A stretch of DNA of 64,000 nt from an uncultured Actinomycetes bacterium (GTDB lineage Bacteria > Actinomycetota > Actinomycetes > S36-B12): NCBI GenBank assembly GCA_963755335.1, contig CAVWJW010000003.1, forward strand, positions 68,010 to 132,009, read 5' to 3'. A program made the translations under genes and the position numbers. This document shows, piece after piece, positions 54,383 to 64,000 of the stretch (positions are counted from its first letter, which is position 1; each line of letters starts with the position of its first letter). Below the pieces are notes generated by a model. It did not search any database. It saw only the letters and a list, made by a program, of their open reading frames with translations, and was not told the DNA's origin.

Positions 54383-54933
54383 TCGCTGGCCATGGCGAGC
54401 AGTGTCGTGACGGTGGCCCAGTTGCGCGCCGTGCCGTTGAGGGCTGCCAGTCGGCCCTTCGAGCTCAGCGCCTTGGCGAGGTCGCTGTTGCCGAAGCCGC
54501 CCGGCGTGTGGATGTAAAGGGTCGAGCCGAGAAGGGTCGTGGAGTCGCCAAGGTCGCCGGCGAACCTGGCGTTGAGCTCGTCGAGGCGCTCCCGCGCGAC
54601 CGCATCGGGAACGGCCGGCAGGAACATCGCATGCAGCTTCTTGTGATCGGTCTCGGCAGCGTAGGGATTCTGGTCGACAACTGTGCGAAGTGCCGCCACC
54701 CCAAGGGCCACGACGGGGACGTCGACCCCGAACTCGTCGAGGATCGACGCCCCCACGCGTGCACCCGCCTTCGCCGCGGTTCCCGGAGCGTCGACCAGCA
54801 CGTTGCCGCTCTGGATGTACGTCCGCACGCGGGTGAAGCCATCGGCCTCGAGGCGCGTGCGCAGTAACGCCATGGGCACCTTGTTGTTGCCGCCGACGTT
54901 GACGCCGCGCAGCAGCACGATGTGAGTGGCCAT
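54379..54933 (-). CDS. DUF1697 family protein
   Basis: LLRGVNVGG, V.TYIQSGN, TARNW.TV. Confidence 0.9.
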   Translation of the reverse strand: MATHIVLLRGVNVGGNNKVPMALLRTRLEADGFTRVRTYIQSGNVLVDAPGTAAKAGARVGASILDEFGVDVPVVALGVAALRTVVDQNPYAAETDHKKLHAMFLPAVPDAVARERLDELNARFAGDLGDSTTLLGSTLYIHTPGGFGNSDLAKALSSKGRLAALNGTARNWATVTTLLAMASE

Positions 54934-54943
54934 GCGCGAACTA

Positions 54944-55261
54944 TCACATGACGTCGAAGGTCTCGTAGACCTCGACGGTGCCACCGGCCGCCAGGTGTGG
55001 GCATGCCTTCGCGATCTCCGTTGCCGCGTCAAGGCTGTCGGCACTGATCACCGAGTAGCCGGTCACCCCTGACGGGCCGCCCTCGCTCACCGTGCCGTCG
55101 GGCGCGACGGCGTTCGACGGGCCGATGGGGTTGCCCGGATCGACGACGGCTTCGCCGAGCCCGCCGAAGAACGCCCACCAGGCATCCATCACGGCCTTGC
55201 CTTCCTCCTCCGAGGCGGGTTCTGTTGCATCGCCGGTGTAGACCATCAGGTACTTCGCCAT
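54944..55261 (-). CDS. YciI-like protein
   Basis: MAKYL, GYSVI.ADSLD.A..IAK.CP, VEV; RBS AAGGAG. Confidence 0.85.
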   Translation of the reverse strand: MAKYLMVYTGDATEPASEEEGKAVMDAWWAFFGGLGEAVVDPGNPIGPSNAVAPDGTVSEGGPSGVTGYSVISADSLDAATEIAKACPHLAAGGTVEVYETFDVM

Positions 55262-55362
55262 GGCTGTCTCCTTGCGTGAAGCCCGGTCGAGATGGCCGAG
55301 CGATACGGGGGAGTGTGGCAGCGGGGCCCGACACCGACAAGGGTTCTGCCACACTCGCCGGT

Positions 55363-55728
55363 GTGACCGGCCCGTACGCCAACGCGATCATCATCGTGTC
55401 CCTCGTGCTTGCCGTCGCCGCCTTCGTGCTGGCGGTGCTCAACCGCAGCAAGTCGATCGCCCTGTTGGTGGGGGCGGCCATCCTCGAGGCCTTGCTCGTC
55501 GGCTTCTTCGTCGGCGGGATCGCGCAGATGATCGGGACCACCCATGACTTCGCCCGCGCTGAGTTCGTCGGCTACCTCCTCGCGTGCATCGCGGTGGTGC
55601 CGCTGGCGGTCTGGTGGGCGTGGGGCGAGGCGACGCGGGCGGGTCTCGTCGTGCTGGGCGTGGCGTTCCTCGTCCTGCCGATCCTCGTGGTGCGCGTCCA
55701 GCAGGTGTGGGCGGGGACCAGTGGCTGA
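55363..55728 (+). CDS. Small integral membrane protein
   Basis: Four hydrophobic helices, EF.GYL, R.QQ.W; overlaps next gene. Confidence 0.75.
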   Translation: MTGPYANAIIIVSLVLAVAAFVLAVLNRSKSIALLVGAAILEALLVGFFVGGIAQMIGTTHDFARAEFVGYLLACIAVVPLAVWWAWGEATRAGLVVLGVAFLVLPILVVRVQQVWAGTSG

Positions 55729-56164
55729 CGACACGTCGAGCACGCCGCCGTCTCCTGCCCCTTCCAGCGGTCGCGGGTTCGGCAGGATCCTGGTGGCGGT
55801 CTATGCGCTGTTCGCCATCGCGGCTACTGCGCGATCACTGGTGCAGATTGCGACGAGGTTCGACGAGGCCCCGCTGGCCTACCTGCTCTCGGCGTTCGCC
55901 GCGGTCGTGTACATCGTGGCCACGATCGCGCTCGCGCGTGGCGATCGCACCTCCCGGCGGATCGCGACGGTGGCGATTTCGATCGAGCTCGCCGGGGTGC
56001 TGCTCGTGGGCGCGGCCAGCCTGCTGCTTCCCGGCGACTTCCCGAAGGCGTCCGTGTGGTCAGGGTTCGGCCGCGGCTACGGCTTCGTCCCGCTGGTGCT
56101 GCCTTTCGTGGGCCTGTGGTGGCTGCATCGCACCCGACCGGAGCAGGCGACGACCGGCGCGTGA
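55721..56164 (+). CDS. Conserved actinobacterial integral membrane protein
   Basis: G.GR.LVAVY..FA.AATARS, SVWS.FG.GYGFVPL.LP. Confidence 0.8.
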   Translation: MADDTSSTPPSPAPSSGRGFGRILVAVYALFAIAATARSLVQIATRFDEAPLAYLLSAFAAVVYIVATIALARGDRTSRRIATVAISIELAGVLLVGAASLLLPGDFPKASVWSGFGRGYGFVPLVLPFVGLWWLHRTRPEQATTGA

Positions 56165-56204
56165 GCACCTAGTCCGATTGGTCTGATTCGCCCTACCATG
56201 ATGC

Positions 56205-59200
56205 ATGGACTTCGGGGTCCTGGGCTCGTTGAGCGTGACTGACCGGGGGAACAGCGTCCCCCTCGGCGGTCCGATCCAGCGACGGCTCCTCGCAGCTCTC
56301 ATCGCCCACTCGCCGAACCCGGTCTCGTCGGAGACGCTCGTCGACGATGTGTGGGGCGAGTCCGCCCCGGCCACGGCGGTGCGGACGCTGCACAGTCACG
56401 TGGCGAGGCTGCGCGATGCACTCGGCCGCGAATCCACGCATGCGATCGAGACGGTCGACAGCCGCTACCTGCTGCCGCTGCGGCGCGACGACGTGGACGC
56501 CTGGGTCTTCGAGGATCTCGTCAGGTCGGCGACGACGAACGGCCATGGGCCGGCCGAAGCAGCCACGGTGCTGCGACAGGCGCTGGGACTGTGGCGGGGT
56601 CCGGCCTATGGCGAGTTCGTCGGTGCGCCGTTCGCCGACGCCGAGAGCCGTCGGCTCGAATCACTGCGCGAGAGTGCCCTCGAGTCGGCGATCGATGCGG
56701 ACCTCGCTGCCGGTCAGGGAGCGGGCCTCGTGCCCGAGCTCGAGGCCCTCGTCGTCGAGCACCCGTTCCGCGAGCGGCTGTGGTCGGCACTTGTCGTCGC
56801 TCTCTATCGTGCGGGTCGGCAGGCTGACGCGCTCGATGCCTACCAGCGGGCGCGGGCCGTGCTGGGCGACGAGCTGGGCGTGGATCCCGGGCCGGAGCTG
56901 CGCGCGGTCGAGGCGAAGGTCCTCGCGCAGGACCCGTCGTTGCTGACCGCCCCGCCCACGCGCGTGTACGCCTGCCCGTGGAAGGGGCTGGCGTCCTACG
57001 AGCCCGGGGATGCCGACTTCTTCGTCGGCCGGGACCACGTCGTCAACGAGGTCATCGCACGGCTCGTGGACTACTCGGTGGTGATCGTCACCGGACCATC
57101 GGGCTCGGGGAAGTCCTCCCTCGTGCGCGCCGGCGTTCTGCCGGCCCTGGCGGCGGGCGCGATCATCGGCTCTGGCGAGTGGCGCGTGACCCTGCTGACT
57201 CCGGGAGCGCGACCCCTCGAGTCCGTCCGCCGTGCGGTCGCGGACGCTCCCGATGTCCTGGTGATCGACCCAGGCGATGACCTGCTCGCGGTCACCGGCG
57301 CGGACGACGTGGTGCCGATAGCCGACGCGCTGCGCGATGCCGTGCGAGAAGGCCTCCGGATCGTCATGACGCTGCGCGGCGATCTCTATGGACGGCTGAC
57401 CGAGCTCAACTCGCTGGCCCCGCGTGCCGGTGCCGGCACCGTCCTGGTCGGTCCGCCGTCGGACAGCGAGCTGCGCCAGGTCGTCGAGCTGCCTGCGCGG
57501 CGGGTCGGTCTGGACGTCGAGCCGGCGCTGGTGGACGCGGTCGTGTCGGACGTGACCGGCCGGCCGGCCTCCCTGCCCCTGATGTCGACGGCCCTCGTGC
57601 GGACGTGGGAGCGGAGGGAGGGCGGACGGCTGACCCTCGCCGGCTACGTCGCGGCAGGCGGCACCGCGTCGGCGTTGGAGCGACTCGCCGAGGAGGCATA
57701 CGCCTCCATGTCGGACGAGGAGCGCGTCGCGGCTCGACGCATCCTGCTGCGCCTGGTCGTCAACGACGACGGACTGTGGCGGCGCCGACGCGTCGCGATC
57801 GCCGAGGCAGCCCCTGACAACGACGGGGTGGCCCAGAACGCCTTGCGCTCCCTGAGCGATCACCGGCTCGTCTCCCTCGATGTCGGCGAGGTGCAGCTGT
57901 CGCACGAGGCGCTCACGAGCGCCTGGCCGAGATTCGCCTCGTGGCTTGCGGAACGCGAGCAGACGGCCGGAGTCATCGACCACCTGACGGCGTCGGCGCG
58001 GGCGTGGAAGGTCGGCGGTCACGACGAAGGTGACCTGTATCGGGGAGCGCGGTTGCAGGCCGCGATCGACCTGGAGTCGACACAGCCCGAAGAACTAGGA
58101 GGACTCGAGCACGAGTTCGTCACCGCAAGCCGCGCTGCCGCCGTGGAGGAGATCGCCCATCTGAGGCGCGGTCGTCGACGGCTCGCATACGTTGCGGCCG
58201 GACTGGTCATCCTCCTCGTCGTGGCTTCGGTCGCCGGCGCGTTCGCCGTTCGCAGCCGCGACGAGGCCGCTCTGGCGGCGCAGGAGGCTGATGCTCAACG
58301 GGTCGGACTCGAGGCCTTGAACCGCACGGATGCCTCGGAGAAGCTCCTGCTTGCCGTCGCGGCCGTGCGACTGCAAGACAACGCGGGGACGCGCGCGAGT
58401 CTCTTGTCCGCCTTGCAGGACGCGGGTGGCGCCGCTGCGACGACTGTCCCTTTGACGGTGCCCGCGGAGACCATGACAGTGTCGTCGGACGGCTGGATCG
58501 CGGTCGCCCAGTCGAACGGGCATGTGGCGATCTTCCCTCCCGACCTCGGGACCCCTGCCGATCACGCACCTGCAGATTCGTGGAGCCAGGGCACTCCGAC
58601 CAATACGATCGCCTGGCTGACCGGGCATGACGAGGTGCTGGTTGGAGCATCCGATCCAGCACGGGTGTTCTCGATGAATCCCGAGAACGGCGGTGTGTCC
58701 GCCTTCGCCACGGACTGGAACCCGCATGTCTTCGCCGCGACCGGCGATCGGCTCTGGGCGGTGGGTACCCCTGATTCGCCGTCGACCGATGGTGCGGCCA
58801 CGCTGGTCGGGCAGCGGGTCGAGGGGCCGACAGTCACGGTGCGAATCCCCCTGATCGGCCGTGCCGATCACGATGGTGCCCGGCCCGGCGGCAACTGTGA
58901 CGGTCATCGAACGCGGCACGGTCGAGCGGGTGGACCTGGCGAAGGCTCGAGTCCTGTCGTCGGCGTCCGTGTCACCTGATGCACGCGTCGTTGTGTCGGC
59001 GGACGGCACGCTTGCGGCGACGTCGTCACCTGACGGCACGATCGAATTCGTGGACGTGCGCAACGGCACCGTCCGTCACCCGATCCCGCCGCTAGAAGCG
59101 CCGCCGGTGGCCATGGCGCTCACGGCGGACGGGGCCTGGCTCGCAGGTGCTGATCCGCGGGAGGGGGTCATCCGGGTGTGGGACACGTCCAGCGGGGTCG

Positions 59201-60426
59201 AACGCGCCACGTTCACGTCGGCCTTCGGTCGGGTGAATGCCCTGGCGTGGTCGCCGGACGGGACCCGGCTGTACACGACGCCGAGCGGCGTCGCCGGACT
59301 TCAGGCGTGGGACCTGGCCAACTACGTCAGCCCGGCGACTCCGCTCACCGCGGGCAGCCCCGGTGGCGCAGGCATGACCACGGCCACCACGGTCGATCCG
59401 ACGACGAGGACCCTCGCGGTCGGCACGGACTTAGGCAGGCCGTGGTTCCTCGACCTGGATTCGCGGCGGACGCGGTCGTCGACCGGTCCGAAGCGAGCGC
59501 CCATCGTGTCCGTGGCCTTCGCTGATGAAGGCCGAATCGCCCTCACCGCGGACGCGGTGGGCGTGCTCACGCTGTGGGACCCGGCCACGGGTGATGTCTT
59601 GGCAGACCTGACCAAGCCGACCCGCGTCGACACCCCCACGGAAGGGGCGCGGGCACCCGTGGCCCCGGATGACCGCACGGCAGCCTCCTTCATCGACGGC
59701 TACGGACTTCAGCTCGTCGACGTGGTGTCACGTATCATCGGGTCGCCCGTCTACCCGGATCTTGGGAACCAGTCGACGTATGAGGTGCTGGGCTGGGCTC
59801 CCGACGGACGCCACGTCGTCGTCGCCGCGCAGGGAATCACCCTCAGCCCGACGGCCGGGGACACCCCGGGTGTATGGGCGTTGGTGGACCCATACGACGG
59901 TCGGGTCGTGTGGCGCACGCAGGCGCCAGAGCAGGTTGTCGCTGCGGATGCGGTGTTCGCCGAGAACGGACGCACCATTGTCGTGCCTGGAGGGTCGGGT
60001 CGGCTGTACTTCGTCGACGCAGCGACGGGAGCGCTTCAGGCCGACGATGCTGCCGCTGCCCGCCCACCGGCCATCAACGAGGGAAGGACTCCGGCGTCGC
60101 TGAGCGTGACTCCGGACGGACGCCAGTTGTCGGTGGTTAGGCAGGGACATCCGGTCGAGGTCTGGGACGTGCCGACTGCCAGGCAGAGTGGCACGGTTCA
60201 GGTTCCCGCGGCAACGATCAGCGCGTACTTCGTGTCCGACCACGAACTCGTGTCCACGACGGCTTCCGGCGCGGTCACCCTTCATGACCTGACTGTTGAC
60301 GACTGGATCCGGCTGGCCTGCCGGGGGGCCGGGCGCGAGCTCACGCCGGTCGAGTGGGACCAGTTCCTGCCGACATATCCGTACCGGTCGGTGTGCGGAG
60401 CGCTGGGTGAAAGGGGGGTCTCGTGA
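56205..60426 (+). CDS. SARP (wHTH+BTAD) - nSTAND1 NTPase - WD40 regulator, frameshift near 58860
   Basis: F.VLG.L, HPFRE, LYR.GRQADAL, ELGVDPG; CPWKGL, GPSGSGKSSL; HEAL..AWPR; hydrophobic helix; WD repeats; W...AC..AGR.LT..EW. Confidence 0.9.
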
Positions 60427-61801
60427 TGGTTGGCCGCCGGTGGCTCGTTGTCATGTGTGCCCTCGTGGCCGGCTGCTCGGCGGGAGCGACAGGAACCGAG
60501 GCGCCGTCTGCGTCGGTGAGTATCGACCCGTCGTGCGCTGCGTTCGCCGGTTACTTGAGAGCGCCGGGCACGACGGTGACGCTCCTGGTGGCTGAGCAAG
60601 CCCAGACCGACCCTCCCCTGGAAGCCACGTGGGCAGACTTCACGCGATGCACCGGTATTCGCATCATCAATGAGGTTGACGCCGCATCCACGTGGGATGA
60701 CTTCTTGGCGCGCCTCGACGCCGGCCGTGCCCCCGACCTCACCGTGGTCGCGCAGCCTGGTGCCATCGCTGATCTGGTGCGCCGCCAGCAGAAGGTCGGC
60801 GGGCCCCCGGTCGTGCCTGCGCCGCCGGACGTCACCGCGAATGTCGATCGGTACTGGAATCCAGCCTGGCGCTTCTACGGGTCGGTGGACGGAGTCCTGT
60901 ACGGAACGCCGTTCGACGGCGTGGCGAAGTCGATGGTCTGGTATTCCCCCAAGCGCTTCGCCGCGGCGGGCTACTCGGTCCCCACGACCTGGGCGGAGTT
61001 GATGGCCCTGTCGGACCGCATCGTCGCGGACGGCAAGGGCAAGCCGTGGTGCGGAGGCCTCGAGGACGGACCTGCTACCGGATGGCCGGCGACTGACTGG
61101 CTCGAGGAGGTGGTCCTGGGCAGTCTCGGCCCCGACATCTACGACCGTTGGGTCACCGGTGAAGTGAAGTTCGACTCGCCGGAGATCAGGTCCGCCATGG
61201 ACGTGCTCGATGACTGGATGCACAATCCCGCGTTCGTCAATGGAGGCGTCGGCGACATCGCCTCGATGGCACGGACCAGGTACCAGGATGGAGGGAAGAC
61301 GATCCTCGACGGCACCTGCTTCATGTACCCGTTCCCGTGGTTCTACATCGGCCAATGGAACCTGTTCAAGAAGGACGCAACGATAGACCAGGATGGCGAC
61401 ATCTATGCGTTCGCGCTGCCCGGGGTGGATCCTTCGGTTCCGACGCCGGTTCTTGGCGGGGGCGATTTCGTCATTGCCTTCAGCGACCGGCCGGAGGTGC
61501 AAACGGCTTGGGCGTACCTGACCAGCCCGGACTGGAACATCCGTCGGGCGAAGCTTGCCGGAGTCACGTCTGCCAACACCGCTGTGCCGCTTGCCGATCT
61601 TCACCTGATCCGTTGTCCCGGTTGACGGTCCAGATGCTCACGGCGCCCGGCTCGACCTTCCGGTTCGACGGGACCGATCTCATGCCCGTCCCGGTGCAGG
61701 ACGCGGCCTATCAGCAGTTGACCGCGTGGTTCGGTGAAGGGAAGGCCACGCGCGACGTGCTTCGCGCGATCGATGCGGCCTGGCCCAAGAAGAGTCCGTG
61801 A
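60423..61801 (+). CDS. Sugar-type extracellular solute-binding lipoprotein (alpha-glucoside-binding-like), frameshift near 61605
   Basis: Lipobox LVAG-C; QPG, KSMVWY.P, PWC.G.E.G.ATGWP.TDW.E, FRFD..DLMP, ID.AWP. Confidence 0.88.
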
Positions 61802-61839
61802 GGCCCGGCCGCCCGTGAGGGCGAGGCGGCCGGGCCTCA
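61799..61839. terminator. Hairpin between convergent genes
   Basis: 15-bp stem TGAGGCCCGGCCGCC / GGCGGCCGGGCCTCA. Confidence 0.75.
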
Positions 61840-61870
61840 GGAGGTCGACTGGCGTGCGAGCCGACCGGGA

Positions 61871-62299
61871 CTACTGCTGCGGGACCTGCTGGTCGTAGAC
61901 GCTGCCGCCGGGCTGGAAGGCGGACTGGTCGCCCGCGATGGCGCCGTGCGGGACCTGCTGGCCGTAGGTGCCGCCGCCCGGGGCGAAGGCAGAAAGGTCG
62001 GTGGACGACGCCTGGGCAGGAACCTGCTCGGCGTAGACGCTGCCACCAGGCGCGTACGCGTCCCAGACCTGGACACTGGTGGCGAGCTGCGAAGCCGGGA
62101 TGACCGCAACGGACGTGCTGGACGATCTTGCGTACTGGATGCCCCCGATGGCGACTGCGGCCACGGCCACCGAGGCGAGGCCGATCACGAGGTTGCGTCG
62201 ACCGTGCCCTGCACCAAGGCCGTCGGACACGTCCGGAACTGACACCGGCTGGGATCCTGGGCTGAAGAACGGAGTTGCGCTGGCATGTGTGCTCGTCAT
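61871..62299 (-). CDS. 142-aa membrane-anchored protein with three A(F/Y)xPGGxxYxxQVP repeats
   Basis: RBS AAGGAG; one hydrophobic helix; DAYAPGGSVYAEQVP / SAFAPGGGTYGQQVP / SAFQPGGSVYDQQVP. Confidence 0.8.
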   Translation of the reverse strand: MTSTHASATPFFSPGSQPVSVPDVSDGLGAGHGRRNLVIGLASVAVAAVAIGGIQYARSSSTSVAVIPASQLATSVQVWDAYAPGGSVYAEQVPAQASSTDLSAFAPGGGTYGQQVPHGAIAGDQSAFQPGGSVYDQQVPQQ

Positions 62300-62359
62300 G
62301 ATGAACTCCTTGGGGTTCCGCGGCCGATCCGCGGTGGTGGGCACACCGTCGCAAGGGCG

Positions 62360-62401
62360 GGTTGCAGGTCGCTCGCGTCCCGGTTGTCGTCCGGTTGCAG
62401 C
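62360..62401 (-). promoter_or_regulatory. 11-bp-phased direct repeats (SARP-type operator candidate)
   Basis: Plus-strand TTGCA 62362, TCGCG 62373, TTGTC 62384, TTGCA 62395. Confidence 0.55.
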
Positions 62402-62446
62402 CGGTTCGAGACGCTTTCCGAACCCCCACGGGCCCACAATGGGCTC

Positions 62447-62866
62447 GTGGTCACCCCACGGCTCGACTCGAGGCCGTCTGCCACAGGGCGCAAGGCGGGC
62501 TACGTCATCGCGGTCGTCGTCAACGCGGCCATCTGGGTCGTCATCAACGTGCAGCCGGGCTGGGACTCCTTCGACTTCCTCACCCACGACTTCCTCGTGG
62601 TGCTGCCTCTGGTCAACCTCTCGCTCGTCGCCGCGATGGTGATCAACGCGGCCTACGTGGCGTTCGACGCCCAATGGTTCCGACGGCTGGGGCACTTCGT
62701 GCTGTCGGTGATCGCCTTCGCGGTCTCCTGGCGGCTGCTGGCGGTCTACCCGTTCCACCTGGGCGTGGGATGGGACGCGGTCGTGCACAGCGCGCTCATC
62801 CTCGCCCTGCTCGGCTCGGGCGTGGGTGCGCTCGTCGAGTTCGTCCGTCTCGTCAAGGGACGATGA
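62447..62866 (+). CDS. Four-helix membrane protein, probably leaderless
   Basis: CACAAT -10 six nt before GTG; hydrophobic helices, VYPF motif. Confidence 0.75.
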   Translation: MVTPRLDSRPSATGRKAGYVIAVVVNAAIWVVINVQPGWDSFDFLTHDFLVVLPLVNLSLVAAMVINAAYVAFDAQWFRRLGHFVLSVIAFAVSWRLLAVYPFHLGVGWDAVVHSALILALLGSGVGALVEFVRLVKGR

Positions 62867-62893
62867 CGATCCCCCTGCACTGACGCTCGCGGA

Positions 62894-64000
62894 CTATCGG
62901 CCGCGCGTGATCCACGACTTGGTGAAGTGGAACGCGGTGAAGTCCCCCATGGCCGGGGCAGTGAGGGTCAGCGTGACGCGCACCGCACCCGGGTACGTCA
63001 CCCGCACGGTGAGCCTGCCGCTGGTCGATCTCGTGATTCGGCACAGCCGGACGTCACCCGTGGGAACTGTCAGCGGCAGAACCGAAGACCGCGTGAGGGG
63101 AGCGCACTTGAGAGAGGCGGTAATCCTCTGCCCTGCGTTGGACGGGAGCTCGCCCGGCAGGACGACGGTGGGGGTGTCGGGCTCGATCACCTCCGGCAGA
63201 TCCGGCGGAGTGACCGGCTGCTGCGGGGTCTCGGTCCCGGTGCCATCGGTCGCCGAGGGACTCGGCTTCGGGTTCGTGGTGGAGGTCGGGGTGGGAGTGG
63301 GCGTCGGCACGGGAGCGGCGCGGTAGGTGTTCGAGAACGTGACGGTGTAGACGGATCCGGGATGGGCGCCTTGGTCGATGACCACGGTGGTGGTCATGCC
63401 GAACCCAGTGCGCGTGCCGTCCGGTCCGGCGACGGTCCACGTCGTGTCGACCGGATCGCCGCCAGGTGACGTCTCGATGACCGTGCAGCTCGTCGAGCCG
63501 ACGAAGCTCGGCGCCGGAGTCATCGACGCGGGCAGCGTCTGGTCGGGAGTGATGCGCAGCACCTGCGCGTCCTGGTTAGCACAGTCGAGTTCGATGACGA
63601 CGTCGGACGTGCGCTGGCCACCGGCGAGGACCTCCGTCTTGACGACCTGGAGCGTGGACGGCTGCTGCAGGCTCCACACGTAGTCGCACACGACCTGGCC
63701 GCGCGGCGGCAGCGTCACGGTGATGATGCCGGTGGCGAGGGACAGCGAGGTCACGGCGCCTCCACTGCACTTCAGGTCCGCGAGTGACCACGAACCGGTC
63801 GGCGAGGTCGCCGGTCCGAAGCCCTCGATCCGGTAGGACATCGGCTCGAGGGCGTGCGTGTCGTCCGCCGGCGAGGTCCGAGGCTTCGCATCAACGACCG
63901 TGTCGGCGGTGCGGTTGTCCGCGACCTGGTAGCGGATCCCCGGGACGTTCGGATCGGGAGCCGGCACAGGGGTGACCTCGTAGTTCGAGCCGCCACCGGC
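62894..64000 (-). CDS. Large surface/secreted protein, C-terminal part (Ig/prealbumin-like modules, PT linker)
   Basis: W.L..L.C, V.C.Y, STLQVVK, C.V.ET, VTFSNTY, PTPTPTPT, basic C-terminal domain; open to window end. Confidence 0.75.
   Translation of the reverse strand, partial: AGGGSNYEVTPVPAPDPNVPGIRYQVADNRTADTVVDAKPRTSPADDTHALEPMSYRIEGFGPATSPTGSWSLADLKCSGGAVTSLSLATGIITVTLPPRGQVVCDYVWSLQQPSTLQVVKTEVLAGGQRTSDVVIELDCANQDAQVLRITPDQTLPASMTPAPSFVGSTSCTVIETSPGGDPVDTTWTVAGPDGTRTGFGMTTTVVIDQGAHPGSVYTVTFSNTYRAAPVPTPTPTPTSTTNPKPSPSATDGTGTETPQQPVTPPDLPEVIEPDTPTVVLPGELPSNAGQRITASLKCAPLTRSSVLPLTVPTGDVRLCRITRSTSGRLTVRVTYPGAVRVTLTLTAPAMGDFTAFHFTKSWITRGR

Noticed and set aside
61871..62100. Amyloid signalling motif paired with the NLR-like gene
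   Set aside because: Repeats are Pro-containing, follow a membrane helix and have no matching motif at the STAND protein N-terminus.

Overview
High-GC actinobacterial chromosomal segment with core neighbourhoods interleaved with accessory DNA. Core: a divergent heme cluster (hemE-hemQ-hemH / hemA-C-D-B-L, no hemY), tRNA-Arg(UCU), a sulfur-assimilation operon (sir-cysH-cysG-cbiX) with an unannotated Cys-containing leader peptide, and the conserved actinobacterial ssb-ettA-thioesterase...aglA-glbO...ctaJ/ctaI-pepN-nei block. Accessory: a DUF222-HNH gene, a ~10 kb island off the tRNA 3' end (PAS-GGDEF, LuxR, 5xPAS-wHTH, GT-C glycosyltransferase, three tandem ~56-aa Zn-ribbon paralogues), a DUF559 nuclease gene bracketed by two copies of a 58-bp palindrome, a candidate sRNA of three C-rich-loop hairpins, and a SARP-nSTAND1-WD40 regulator plus solute-binding lipoprotein facing a small membrane-anchored triple-repeat protein with 11-bp-phased promoter repeats. 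About 14 genes, including housekeeping ones, carry indels, most likely assembly errors. All family calls come from motif recognition by eye; no searches were run.
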